From NCBI RefSeq assembly GCF_001194135.2, contig NC_068983.1, forward strand, positions 27,672,205-27,721,688: DNA of 49,484 bases. The letters are read 5' to 3'. A program made the translations under genes and the position numbers. The DNA comes from Octopus bimaculoides (taxonomy: Eukaryota). Shown piece by piece: positions 12,751-24,500 of this stretch; position 1 is the stretch's first letter, and each line of letters opens with the position of its first letter. The notes beneath the pieces are model-generated. The model saw only the letters and a program-made list of their open reading frames with translations. It made no database searches and was not told where the DNA came from.

Positions 12751-13391
12751 AAACCAATAAAGCAAAATAAATCACTAGTTAGTATATATACATACCTCAA
12801 CATATGTTAAAAAAGGGATAGGGTACGCAGAACATATTTCCCACCCAGTATACAGAAATCCTGGTCCGATAGTGAAAAATGTGTGTCAAAACTGAATTCA
12901 GCGCTAGAAAATTAGTAAGAAGTACATATTCATATGTAAGAACCATGTTGGCTGTGGACCAGTGTTATCCATCTAATCACTATTGATGGGGAAAACAACT
13001 TCACATGCATCATTTCAAGTGAGTGTATTCTTCTCAGTTATATTAATTATTTATGTTGATTGAAGAATGGAAATTAATGTGTAAATGGATTGCCTTAATC
13101 TTATTCATTGATGTTTCTATAAGTTACTAACAAATTTCTTCAAGAAAATGATGAGAAATTATATTTCTCGATTTCTTGTGAATAATCAAATGCAACAAGA
13201 GCACGTGACAAGAATCAATCGAAAGGTGGAATAGAAGTCAACACTGCTATTCAATCTTGTATTTCGACTATAATATATATATGTAGGACCGGAAACGAGA
13301 AAATCCAAGAAGAGATTCATGCAAACTCAGCTATGAATAAATAATTATTAGATTCTCTAATTGCAAATTGCAAATATCTCTTTCTCTTTCT

Positions 13392-13449
<58 letters not shown>

Positions 13450-14310
13450 NNNNNNNNNNNNNNNNNNNNNNNNNNNNNNNNNNNNNNNNNNNNNNNNNNN
13501 NNNNNNNNNNNNNNNNNNNNNNNNNNNNNNNNNNNNNNNNNNNNNNNNNNNNNNNNNNNNNNNNNNNNNNNNNNNNNNNNNNNNNNNNNNNNNNNNNNNN
13601 NNNNNNNNNNNNNNNNNNNNNNNNNNNNNNNNNNNNNNNNNNNNNNNNNNNNNNNNNNNNNNNNNNNNNNNNNNNNNNNNNNNNNNNNNNNNNNNNNNNN
13701 NNNNNNNNNNNNNNNNNNNNNNNNNNNNNNNNNNNNNNNNNNNNNNNNNNNNNNNNNNNNNNNNNNNNNNNNNNNNNNNNNNNNNNNNNNNNNNNNNNNN
13801 NNNNNNNNNNNNNNNNNNNNNNNNNNNNNNNNNNNNNNNNNNNNNNNNNNNNNNNNNNNNNNNNNNNNNNNNNNNNNNNNNNNNNNNNNNNNNNNNNNNN
13901 NNNNNNNNNNNNNNNNNNNNNNNNNNNNNNNNNNNNNNNNNNNNNNNNNNNNNNNNNNNNNNNNNNNNNNNNNNNNNNNNNNNNNNNNNNNNNNNNNNNN
14001 NNNNNNNNNNNNNNNNNNNNNNNNNNNNNNNNNNNNNNNNNNNNNNNNNNNNNNNNNNNNNNNNNNNNNNNNNNNNNNNNNNNNNNNNNNNNNNNNNNNN
14101 NNNNNNNNNNNNNNNNNNNNNNNNNNNNNNNNNNNNNNNNNNNNNNNNNNNNNNNNNNNNNNNNNNNNNNNNNNNNNNNNNNNNNNNNNNNNNNNNNNNN
14201 NNNNNNNNNNNNNNNNNNNNNNNNNNNNNNNNNNNNNNNNNNNNNNNNNNNNNNNNNNNTATATATATATATGTGTGTGTGTGTGTATGTATGTATATAC
14301 ATATATATAA

Positions 14311-14608
14311 CTCTTAAACGTTTAAACGTGTTTCAGCTTCAAAACTGCAGTCATGGTGGGTCACCACCATTGGCTATGCTACACCGTCATTATTTGAAAC
14401 TTCCTCTGAAATGTAGTATTTGTAAATGAGTGAGTTCGATGATGCTGCTTTCATATGTGTTTCCTGGTGTGAGGTACACTCATCCGGAACCCTTGATAGG
14501 AGATCCAGTTTTACTTTGAAGACCCCTGCATCCACATCATGCATCTATCTCAGGCATTTTGAGAGGATATTGAAGCGCTGTAGGCCCTTGAACCCCAAAC
14601 TGATGTAC
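14311..14608 (-). mobile_element. CR1/L2-like LINE 3' end (ORF2 C-terminus plus short 3' UTR/tail)
   Basis: Minus translation SLGFKGLQRFNILSKCLR*MHDVDAGVFKVKLDLLSRVPDECTSHQETHMKAASSNSL resembles the CR1-type C-terminal motif (F..RG..LFN.LP...R......FK..LD.FL..VPD.P). Ends in a repeated CGTTTAAA-like tail abutting (TA)n. Confidence 0.75.
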
Positions 14609-14631
14609 ACACACAAATATATATAATAATA

Positions 14632-14830
14632 TAGGGTAAAATTATTTAATTAATAAATTAATAATTATCAATTTTACCAAGTAGTCAATACGTTAAAAAC
14701 CTTTTTTAGATGAATTATACAAAATATTCTATAATTATATGCACAATTATAATCAGGGTCAGCTAAGTGCTTCGCCACGTAATGAATTAGAAATAGACGC
14801 TAATGTCTCTTCAACTACCATAAGAATCTC
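14632..14830. mobile_element. Diverged relative of the Penelope-like terminal repeat at 22519-23505
   Basis: AGGGTCAGCTAAGTGCTTCGCCACGTAATGAATTAGAAATAG resembles AGGGAACAGCAAAACAGTTGCTTCACCACATACCGAAGTTCAGAAATAG (22527 onward); shares the TTAATAAATTAATAA block. Confidence 0.5.
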
Positions 14831-15043
14831 CGAGATAGTAACACACTTTTATATATAGGTAAAAAGAAAAATGATGAAGCTATATATGTATATATANNNN
14901 NNNNNNNNNNNNNNNNNNNNNNNNNNNNNNNNNNNNNNNNNNNNNNNNNNNNNNNNNNNNNNNNNNNNNNNNNNNNNNNNNNNNNNNNNNNNNNNNNNNN
15001 NNNNNNNNNNNNNNNNNNNNNNNNNNNNNNNNNNNNNNNNNNN

Positions 15044-15074
<31 letters not shown>

Positions 15075-16214
15075 ATATATGCACACACATATAAATGCAT
15101 ACTTCATAACACAACTTTTATGTTATGTATGAATTATTGAACTGACAATGTTTCCCACAGCGTATACCTTGCATCGAATTTGATAATATTCAACGTCTAA
15201 TAATTATTGATTTTTCTATATTTTGGACTTTTTTTATTTTAATTTTTATTTTCAGTCTTTCGTTGTATAGTCATGAATATATATATATATGTTTGTTTTA
15301 TGTCACATCTGATCGAGGAGATAAAGGACGAATGGCCGAAGGTGTTCTAAACCAGAACTGACATTTCAACAATCCCTACTTTTTATCTATTCACGACTAT
15401 ATTGCCCAATGTTACATTGTAGCTTTCGGTTCCCTAAGATTGTAGGATATTATTTGTCGGCGGCTTGGCTGTTCGATTCGATAACCGAATAATGCCGCCT
15501 TTTGGACTCATAAAGATAGAAAAGAATCTCTCCAGCTGAATAGAATTCAAATGTATTTCTAGTTTTCATTTTATTGACTCCAACGCAATGAATAGAAAAA
15601 TCAAATTTGAATTGGATGCGATCTGAGAAATTATTAAAATTCTGCATTGTACCCTACGCACGTTTTATGCCCGTAATTAATAGAAACATATTAATTTTTG
15701 GAATATAACTGAAATATCAATAAATATTAATTAACTATAATTTGTGTTTCTGTAGAAAGGTAAAATTATTAAATTTTAGATGAATATTAAATGTTTATGG
15801 TAATTAAAATATTAATGAATATGAATATATATGTTGACACAACCAACTTCAAAGGTGAGTGTATTAAACAATGTGAATGAATACATACGTACACATACTA
15901 ACACTCACACACACACGCACACACGCACGCACACATAAACACATATACATATATATATATATATATATAGAAGTATATAGGTCTAAATAAATATATATGT
16001 ATATATATGTGGATAAAATGCATATACCATATTGCTATGCGCATATATATGTATATATATATATGTATGTATGTATGTATGTAATATATAGATGTGTATA
16101 TAGGTATGTTTATAGAGAAAGCAACAAAAGTGGGCACAGTAAGTGCTCACACAGTAGATAGTCAGAGTGACATAAGAGACTCGCAATTAGGTGTTATATA
16201 TATATATTCTTTTA

Positions 16215-16424
16215 TTATTTTATTCTTTTAAATGTTCCTGTCATTTGACTGCAGCCATGCTGGAGCACCGCCTTGAAGGATTTCAGTCGAACAAAATGAC
16301 CCAGGACTTAGATTTTAAGACTAGTATTTATTCTATTCGTCAGTATTGCCAAACTTTACGGAACCGCAAACATGTCAGGTGGTGATAAGGGGGGGACAAA
16401 CGCAAACACAAGGACATACACACA

Positions 16425-16456
<32 letters not shown>

Positions 16457-16473
16457 TACACACACACAAACAC

Positions 16474-16524
<51 letters not shown>

Positions 16525-17080
16525 NNNNNNNNNNNNNNNNNNNNNNNNNNNNNNNNNNNNNNNNNNNNNNNNNNNNNNNNNNNNNNNNNNNNNNNNNNNN
16601 NNNNNNNNNNNNNNNNNNNNNNNNNNNNNNNNNNNNNNNNNNNNNNNNNNNNNNNNNNNNNNNNNNNNNNNNNNNNNNNNNNNNNNNNNNNNNNNNNNNN
16701 NNNNNNNNNNNNNNNNNNNNNNNNNNNNNNNNNNNNNNNNNNNNNNNNNNNNNNNNNNNNNNNNNNNNNNNNNNNNNNNNNNNNNNNNNNNNNNNNNNNN
16801 NNNNNNNNNNNNNNNNNNNNNNNNNNNNNNNNNNNNNNNNNNNNNNNNNNNNNNNNNNNNNNNNNNNNNNNNNNNNNNNNNNNNNNNNNNNNNNNNNNNN
16901 NNNNNNNNNNNNNNNNNNNNNNNNNNNNNNNNNNNNNNNNNNNNNNNNNNNNNNNNNNNNNNNNNNNNNNNNNNNNNNNNNNNNNNNNNNNNNNNNNNNT
17001 AAGGTACAGATCCATGAGATTGAACCTATAACCATGAGCTTGAGAAGCAAGCTTCTTACCATCAGCCAGGCCTGCGCCTA
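16215..17080 (-). mobile_element. Type A SINE spanning an assembly gap
   Basis: Tail at 16215-16410 (CATTTGACTGCAGCCATGCTGGAGCACCGCCTTGAAG), internal (CA)n/(TA)n, gap, head at 17000-17080 (GAAGCAAGCTTCTTACCATCAGCCAGGCCTGCGCCTA). Confidence 0.8.
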
Positions 17081-17121
17081 TTTTCTTTCTATTTACTGCC
17101 TTCCTGTAGAGAAGACGCAAA

Positions 17122-17530
17122 TATTTTCACACTCTAACTGGCGTTCAAAATAATTTTTCTATCGACTTGGCCTAACAGCCCTTACCGTTTGTTCTCACTG
17201 TTCTGTCTTGTTTTTACTGTCTTGTTCTCACTGTCCTGTTCTTGTTTACACTTTCACCCTCCGCAAAAATTTCCAAATTTTAATTAATTTGCTTGCGGGA
17301 TGGACTGCTACAACGAAGTCGCGTATTGTCCTTGCCTTCGAAACGCGGAGAAGATGGAGCAGGGATAACTGAAGAAGGGTAATATTCTTTTTGTTGCATG
17401 TCTCGTTTCTCTGTTTGTATTTTTCGTTGTTCTAAAAACAAGTTCCTTTTCTGTCTTCGTCTTCATGTTTTCGTTTCTCATTGTGTTTCACGGTTTTTGT
17501 GATGTCCTCTACCCATATATGCTTGTATGT
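17122..17530. repeat. Interspersed repeat, probably a Penelope-like terminal region
   Basis: Contains CCTTCGAAACGCG...CTGAAGAAGGG and a T-rich tail ending CTACCCATATATGC. The layout resembles 34190-34490. Classification is inferred. Confidence 0.4.
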
Positions 17531-18217
17531 ATACATATAGATGTCGGTACGTACATGTATGTATGGATATATGCATATAATTATATATTATTTTTGTTAT
17601 TATATGATCGAACGCCACGCATTGCCTCCAAGTAAGTATATATATATGTGTATATATGCGTGTGTGCGAGTGTGTACATATATACATACATACAATGCAG
17701 GTGGAGTTATCACCACTATATATTTCTTCGTGTTCAACTGGAAATTATCACGAAAGTAAGAAACACAACTAAAAAGGTTGTCCCTAAAAGTCTTAAGCAT
17801 TATGTAACAGAAACATTTTACATGTTCTGCACAACTATGAAGTAACTACAGTTATTTGAACTTGTGTCATTGGTATCCTGATAATAACTTTTATTAGGCC
17901 ATAAACATTTCAATCGTTATTTTGATATATTTGGCACTCTGTATTAACATGGCTTATATTTTGCTTCATATCTATCCAGGCATTCAGAGATATGACCACA
18001 GTCATTTTTGTGTAACTAACCCCTTTTATTTATTCAGCATTTTTTTAGTTTTTTTTTTTTTTTTAGAAAAGCTCTGCAGTTGAGGAAAATGCACATCTGC
18101 TAGTTTTGGCATCAGACTGAGGTGCAGATCGAAAATCATGAATGTTTCAGCTTGACTGCCTATTCTGCATGATCCAATATGTCCTTTAGGTTTTGTAAAA
18201 CCAATATGATGTAGTTT

Positions 18218-18472
18218 GTGGAAGGCCTTTTGCTGTTATTTGTCAGCACCATGATCTTAAGATTGTGGTTTCGATTCCTGGACCAGGCGACGCGTTGTGT
18301 TCCTGAGCAAAACATTTCATTTCACGTCGTTCCTGTCCACTCAGCTGGCAAAAGCGAGTAACGCTGCGATGGACTGGCGTCCCGTCCAGCTGGGGAACAT
18401 ATACGCCATTGAGTCCGGGAAACCGGGCCCATGAGCCTGGCTAGGCTTTAAAAGGGCACAGTTATTATTATT
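18218..18472 (+). mobile_element. tRNA-derived SINE with a V-SINE-like central domain (type C)
   Basis: B-box-like GGTTTCGATTCC, then CTGAGCAAAACATTTCATTTCACG...CACTCAGCTG and CTGCGATGGACTGGCGTCCCGTCCAG, which resembles the V-SINE conserved core; ends in a (TTA)n tail. Confidence 0.7.
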
Positions 18473-19499
18473 AAATGACAATACAGCGGCATCTCTTGTA
18501 ACTCTTCCGCGTAACTTTCGGTGACATATGAGTTGTGTATTTATCATGGCATACTTTGTAACTCACCCTCCATCACACTATCTGTCAGCAGATACAGCGT
18601 CTGTGTCAAATAACATTGCAGACAGAGACACATTGAGGAACTTTTGTTTGAAATTTAATATTCTAAGATGATCTGATACCTTTCTTGTTACACTTGATAT
18701 AATGTAGAATAAAAAAACCCGCTTTTAAACAGCACAAACCACCAAAGCATTGACTTAGACGACAGACACTTTAGAAAGTAATCCATTTCTCTTTCCAATC
18801 AATTCTGCTAATTATGTATATGGAAGCATATTTTGTTTCTCTCTGTATTTTAGTTTAAAAGAAGTGTGGAGAGCTTATTTGTCTGGAGAATGAAATTTGT
18901 TACTTCATATCAAATATAATGAAGTCAATTAAATGCTTAATTCGCTAGATTCTATATAATTTATAGATAAGTCTTTTGGTTTTTCTTTGTGTGTGAATGT
19001 GTGTGCTGTTTCAGTGTGTAATAAAACGTCTGCAATAATCTTCTCAATATATTTTCTCTAGTGAAACTAATAAACCTAATTAGTACATGATGAAAGTTGC
19101 TGTACATGTGTCGCCACTATTATACTATCAGTAGAGACCAGTTTATTCATGGATTACATATAACCTGCGATCTTGTCTACAGCATAAACAAATCTGATGA
19201 TAATTAACTATATCAAGTGAACGATATTTTGGATGCTACTCCAAAATTTTCTCTAGAGTATTTCGCTCTAACGTTACATCACGGCAACTGTATGACTGTA
19301 CATATATTATTAACTAACTTGCTGAATGTTATAACACAGCCGCAGATGTGTTTGTGTGTATGTGTGTACGTGTGTGTGTAAATATGTATGCATGTGTGTC
19401 TATGTGTTTTTGTAAGTCGCATTGCGTTGGAAACAAACATCTGTGTGATATAGTTAATATCTAGATTGTTTATTGTTTTCTATATTTTTGATATTTCAG

Positions 19500-19549
19500 A
19501 GGCATTTGCTGTTTTGTTATTTCGAGAAACGAAATATCAGATTTCAAGG
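19500..19549 (+). other. Candidate 50-nt internal exon of an unidentified transcript
   Basis: Acceptor TTTTCTATATTTTTGATATTTCAG| and donor AGG|GTATGT; all three frames are open. No recognisable product. Confidence 0.3.
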
Positions 19550-20039
19550 GTATGTTATATTAAACGCATATAACAGTATATTTTTATCTTTATTAGTGTT
19601 TTGGGAACTAAATTACATGGGCAATTAAAATCTGAGGAATATGTGTCATATGTTATTACTAATTGTTAAAGGCATTGTTATATTTTATATTGGAAAACTT
19701 TATTTTTATAACATATTATATACTATTCTCTACATTAAACTGATTGAGAATTATTCCTGAGTTTATGATATTTCTAATTGAGATGTATGTAGTATTTCTT
19801 CTATCCCTGGCACTTACCTCTGATTGTTAGCAAATATCGAGAAGGTATCAAAATTTGGTTTTGCTGTGTTTAGGCCCGTTTCGATACCGATAACGCAATC
19901 AGAAAGGAATCAAGTGAATTCTACAACGCAACAGCTATGCAGCATAAGGCTTACAAAACATTGTTCAAATTGATTACTACGGAATAATTTGCAACAAAAC
20001 TATAAATGTCCTCTTGTCTTTTAAGTTAACGCTCCTTCA

Positions 20040-20072
<33 letters not shown>

Positions 20073-20390
20073 NNNNNNNNNNNNNNNNNNNNNNNNNNNN
20101 NNNNNNNNNNNNNNNNNNNNNNNNNNNNNNNNNNNNNNNNNNNNNNNNNNNNNNNNNNNNNNNNNNNNNNNNNNNNNNNNNNNNNNNNNNNNNNNNNNNN
20201 NNNNNNNNNNNNNNNNNNNNNNNNNNNNNNNNNNNNNNNNNNNNNNNNNNNNNNNNNNNNNNNNNNNNNNNNNNNNNNNNNNNNNNNNNNNNNNNNNNNN
20301 NNNNNNNNNNNNNNNNNNNNNNNNNNNNNNNNNNNNNNNNNNNNNNNNNNNNNNNNNNNNNNNNNNNNNNNNNNNNNNNNNNNNNNNNNN

Positions 20391-20441
<51 letters not shown>

Positions 20442-20944
20442 TCTCACTCTCACTCTCTCTCTTCTCACTCTCACTCTCTCTCTTCTCACTCTCTCTCTTC
20501 TCACTCTCTCTCTCTCTCTCTCTCGTCTTTGTATCGATTTCTCTTTTTCTCTCGATATATATGTATGTATGTATTTATATATGTATGTGTGTATGTATAT
20601 ACATACATGTGTGTGTGTTAATGTATGTATGTGAGTATGTATATATGCGATATATATTTTCATATTTCTGTGTATATGTGTGTGTGTAATATCTAACATA
20701 ATATCGTTTTAACTGCGATTCTCAAATATCTTTTAACAACTACAAATACCACAAATAATAAACATAATACAAAGCTAAGTTACAATTGCGCTGAAAGCAT
20801 TATAATCACCATAGATAGAAGTAGTATGCACATTTAAACATCGAACATAAGTTAAATCCCCGTCTAAAATACAGCTTGAGCAGCAACTATTCCTGTGGTC
20901 CTGTCGTACTTAAGAAATACAATGATGTGCCAACCTACGGGTAA

Positions 20945-21090
20945 GCCTGAAGAATTACATTAGTCTCAGAAAAGCACATTCAAAAGCAAACTTAGTCATC
21001 ACACCCAATCTTTCAAATCACTAGATGCAAGAAACTCAAGTACCCATCCCAGTATTTCTGGAATTTGAAATAAAAGGAATTAATAATATT
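20945..21090 (+). mobile_element. Degenerate GIY-YIG endonuclease fragment of a Penelope-like element
   Basis: With frameshifts: KNYISL / STFKSKLSHHTQSFKSLDARNSST / QYFWNLK*K, resembling the PLE motif YIGLT..TFK.R...H..SF......ST.LS..IW.LK. Confidence 0.5.
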
Positions 21091-22518
21091 ACCATATCTT
21101 TACATTTAGGGTTATTGCAATAATATATATAAAAGATTTTAAAATGCTTTCAGCATTGAACAGAGCATTACAATTCGTGTCGAACTACAGGTCAGCAAGT
21201 AAGCATCTCTTGAGGAAATTCCGGAAAGAAATACAATGATCTGGGGTGATAAATGTTAAGCAGCACCTATCTAGTATTATTCTACTCAGCTTTCAAGTTG
21301 TTCATCTACGATCTACATTTATTAGACGGTCAATATAAAATTAACAACATGATTATAGTACTAATCTATAGAAGTAATCTCAATTAAATTCTATGCTCAT
21401 TATTTATGATGTGCCGGCTTCAAATGACCGAAATTTTTACGTCTATGTCCAGCAACAGATGCTGTAATGAGTACGATGTGTCATACCATTCCATCTGAAA
21501 CCGCAGTAAATTTTTCTGACGCTACGAAGCTTGACTTTGAGTTTGAGTTTTTGATATTGCTGCGAAACAATAATGAAAAACTCTGAGTTATGACAGAGAA
21601 ACACTTCTTAGTTTCCAATAAACACAATGACTAATACTGAGTAGATTTTTCTCTCGTTTATTTAACTAACTCACGAATATCAGTTTGTATAAAATGTATA
21701 AATTTGTATATCTATTTGTATATTTGTATGTGTGATTGTTTGTGTTTATGTGTATGCGTGTGTGTGTGTGTGTTTGCGTGTGTGTGTGTGTGTATCTGTG
21801 TTACTTAAAGAAATTCTAACAGATTTTCAGGTTTAATTTTTGTATGTTTTTACAATTTTACAAACGTGAAACTCAGAATATGTTGAAATTTCATTCACTA
21901 ATATATCTACACAATCATACATACATTCGTACATACATACATGCATACACGCGTAAATCTATATATACATACATATATATANNNNNNNNNNNNNNNNNNN
22001 NNNNNNNNNNNNNNNNNNNNNNNNNNNNNNNNNNNNNNNNNNNNNNNNNNNNNNNNNNNNNNNNNNNNNNNNNNNNNNNNNNNNNNNNNNNNNNNNNNNN
22101 NNNNNNNNNNNNNNNNNNNNNNNNNNNNNNNNNNNNNNNNNNNNNNNNNNNNNNNNNNNNNNNNNNNNNNNNNNNNNNNNNNNNNNNNNNNNNNNNNNNN
22201 NNNNNNNNNNNNNNNNNNNNNNNNNNNNNNNNNNNNNNNNNNNNNNNNNNNNNNNNNNNNNNNNNNNNNNNNNNNNNNNNNNNNNNNNNNNNNNNNNNNN
22301 NNNNNNNNNNNNNNNNNNNNNNNNNNNNNNNNNNNNNNNNNNNAATGTGTAGTGGATATATATATATATATATATTTGTAGGGAGTGCCGCATATATAAC
22401 CATCCCATAGGATTACTCTGAAAGACGGGAATAATAAGCGGTAACTTTTACGAGACCTCTTGGAAGCATTTACCATAAACAAGTTAGAAGAGGATATATA
22501 TCTATATATATATATATA

Positions 22519-22665
22519 CATAATTAAGGGAACAGCAAAACAGTTGCTTCACCACATACCGAAGTTCAGAAATAGCACCCAAAATGCTGAGACTCAGCAT
22601 TTTGGCTGCTATTTCTGAACTTCGGTATGTGGTGAAGCAACTGTTTTGCTGATCCCTTAATTATG
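22519..22665. repeat. Near-perfect palindrome: 73-bp arms, 1-nt spacer, 2 mismatches
   Basis: Left arm 22519-22591 (CATAATTAAGGGAACAGC...AAAATGCTGAG), centre A at 22592, right arm 22593-22665 (CTCAGCATTTT...GCTGATCCCTTAATTATG). Confidence 0.97.
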
Positions 22666-23350
22666 TTTATAAATGTATAAGAAATTTTAAATGAGTTCTC
22701 CACCGATAATGGTGTTTATATTGTAATGGTAAAAATTATTAATTGTAAATTTATTAATAAATTAATAAATTGATAAACCTTTACCCTTTTAATTGTAATA
22801 AATATTCACTCCCTGATAGTAAACCGCAGATTTTCTGCGGTATTGCTTGTGACGCACATGGTAATTTCTTGAGGACGAATAGTGGACTGGCTGGCCTATG
22901 TGGGTTCGGAGGTGCTTTCAAGTTGTGTCGATGCATGATGTTCACTCTGTCATACATGCACAATTGCTAGCACCGTCGAATCTACAACAAGAATATCATA
23001 CTGAAGAGGAAATGGATTGTTATCGCTCCTAAGCTAGAAACGCGTCTATAATTAACTTCGAATCGTTAGTTTTCATTGTTCTTTCTTCTTGTTTTGCTTT
23101 TGTGAGTTACAAGTAATGCTATCTTTTGGAGTTTCTGCATTTTGGCTACTATTTCTGAACTTCAGTATGTGGTGAAGCAACTGTTTTGCTGATCCCTTAA
23201 TTATGTCTATAAATGTATAAGAACTTTTAAATGAGTTCTCCACCGATAATGGTGTTTACATACCGAAGGGCTTGGTAAAAAATTATTAATTGTTAATTTA
23301 TTAATAAATTAATAAATTGATAAACCTTTACCCTTTTAATNNNNNNNNNN

Positions 23351-23384
23351 GATGAACGGGAACGTGAAACTCAGAGTAACAGTC
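23351..23384 (+). ncRNA. Minimal type I hammerhead ribozyme motif (5' CU and stem I strand hidden in the N gap)
   Basis: [NN]GATGA - ACG GGAA CGT (3-bp stem II, GNRA loop) - GAA - ACTC A GAGT (palindromic stem III) - A (GUA cleavage triplet, cut predicted after 23378) - ACAGTC (stem I 3' strand). Confidence 0.65.
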
Positions 23385-24039
23385 TTTTGTTATTTTTCTG
23401 CTGCTTTTAAATAAAGTATATTACTCTACCTCTGGTATTTGAGTACTCTTTTTTCCACCTTGTTGCACATTTCATGTGCTTACTCCGGTATATATAGATA
23501 TATAAATTATGTATACCATATATATCCATGCATATGTGCGTGTGTGTTTGTGTGCGTGTGTTTTGTAAGGGGCCATTATCGTTGCGTTCACGTCACTCAC
23601 GTAATTATCCCTCAAACTCTAATAAATTGAATAGCATCATTCAACGGTTAAAAGAACATCTCCATTCATTTTCACTTCCTAGATAGTTTTACTTTTCAAT
23701 TGACAATACTAATTTTCTCTTCTAGTCGACGCCTTTCGAGACAAATCCGTCTTTGCGATCAAGCAACCATTACTAACCAAATACCGAAAGCTTTCTATAG
23801 AAAATATAATTAGCTTGTTTGAAATAGATCATTCTTATTTTTATCTAATTTCCCACCTGTTGTTCTTTTTTTTAGTTAACATAAATATTTTGTTTTTTAA
23901 ATGCATATTAACAACACTTTTGGGCTTTTTTATCTATTGTGCTTGCTTGTAATTAATTTATATTATTATTTATATTTACTATTGCTATTGTTATTTATAT
24001 TATTATCAGAAATCCTCTATTATAAATTATTAATTTTTA

Positions 24040-24071
24040 TTATCAGTATTTATTATTATTATTATTATTAT

Positions 24072-24126
<55 letters not shown>

Positions 24127-24195
24127 TGTTGTTGTTGTTGTTGTTGTTGCTGTTGTTGTTGTTGTTGTTGCTGTTGTTGTTGTTGTTGTTTCTGC

Positions 24196-24264
<69 letters not shown>

Positions 24265-24500
24265 CAACATCATCATCATGAACATCGTCATTAATACCGC
24301 CTTACTCATCATCAGCGTCAACACCATCACCATTATCCTGTTCCTCGTCGTTGTCGTCATCGTCGTGGTCGTCCTCATTATTATTATCACCATCAATATC
24401 CTCCTCCTCCTCCTTCACACCATCATCAACATCATCATCGTTGTCGTCGTCGTCATCATTGTCATCATCATCATCATCGTCATCATCATCATCATCATCA
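24040..24500. repeat. Compound trinucleotide microsatellite (ATT)n-(AGT)n-(GTT)n-(ATT)n-(CAT/CGT)n
   Basis: Directly visible; explains ORFs 24043-24396, 24278-24535, 24302-24559 and 24351-24566. Confidence 0.97.

Larger units (their letters stand above)
10512..12964 (+). mobile_element. Chapaev3-like (CMC superfamily) DNA transposon, near full length, inactivated
   Basis: Termini CACTGGTC (10512) and GACCAGTG (12964). Subterminal inverted match CATGGTTCT (10558) / AGAACCATG (12939). Flanks TAA and TTA fit the TWA 3-bp target of Chapaev3. The internal transposase pseudogene has family-typical motifs (see next feature). Confidence 0.8.
22519..23505 (+). mobile_element. Penelope-like element terminal-repeat (pLTR) complex: inverted partial copy plus two direct copies
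   Basis: 22597-22793 and 23137-23340 are direct repeats of about 200 bp (roughly 90% identical by eye). The first is preceded by its own inverted copy. The second continues past a 10-N gap into a hammerhead motif, an AATAAA and an end at TACTCCGG+(TA)n. Tandem and inverted pLTRs with hammerheads are established PLE features. Confidence 0.7.

Noticed and set aside
1-14608. The two CR1-like fragments as parts of one large element
   Set aside because: On the minus strand the 3' end (14311-14608) precedes the endonuclease fragment (1-349), the wrong order for one element.
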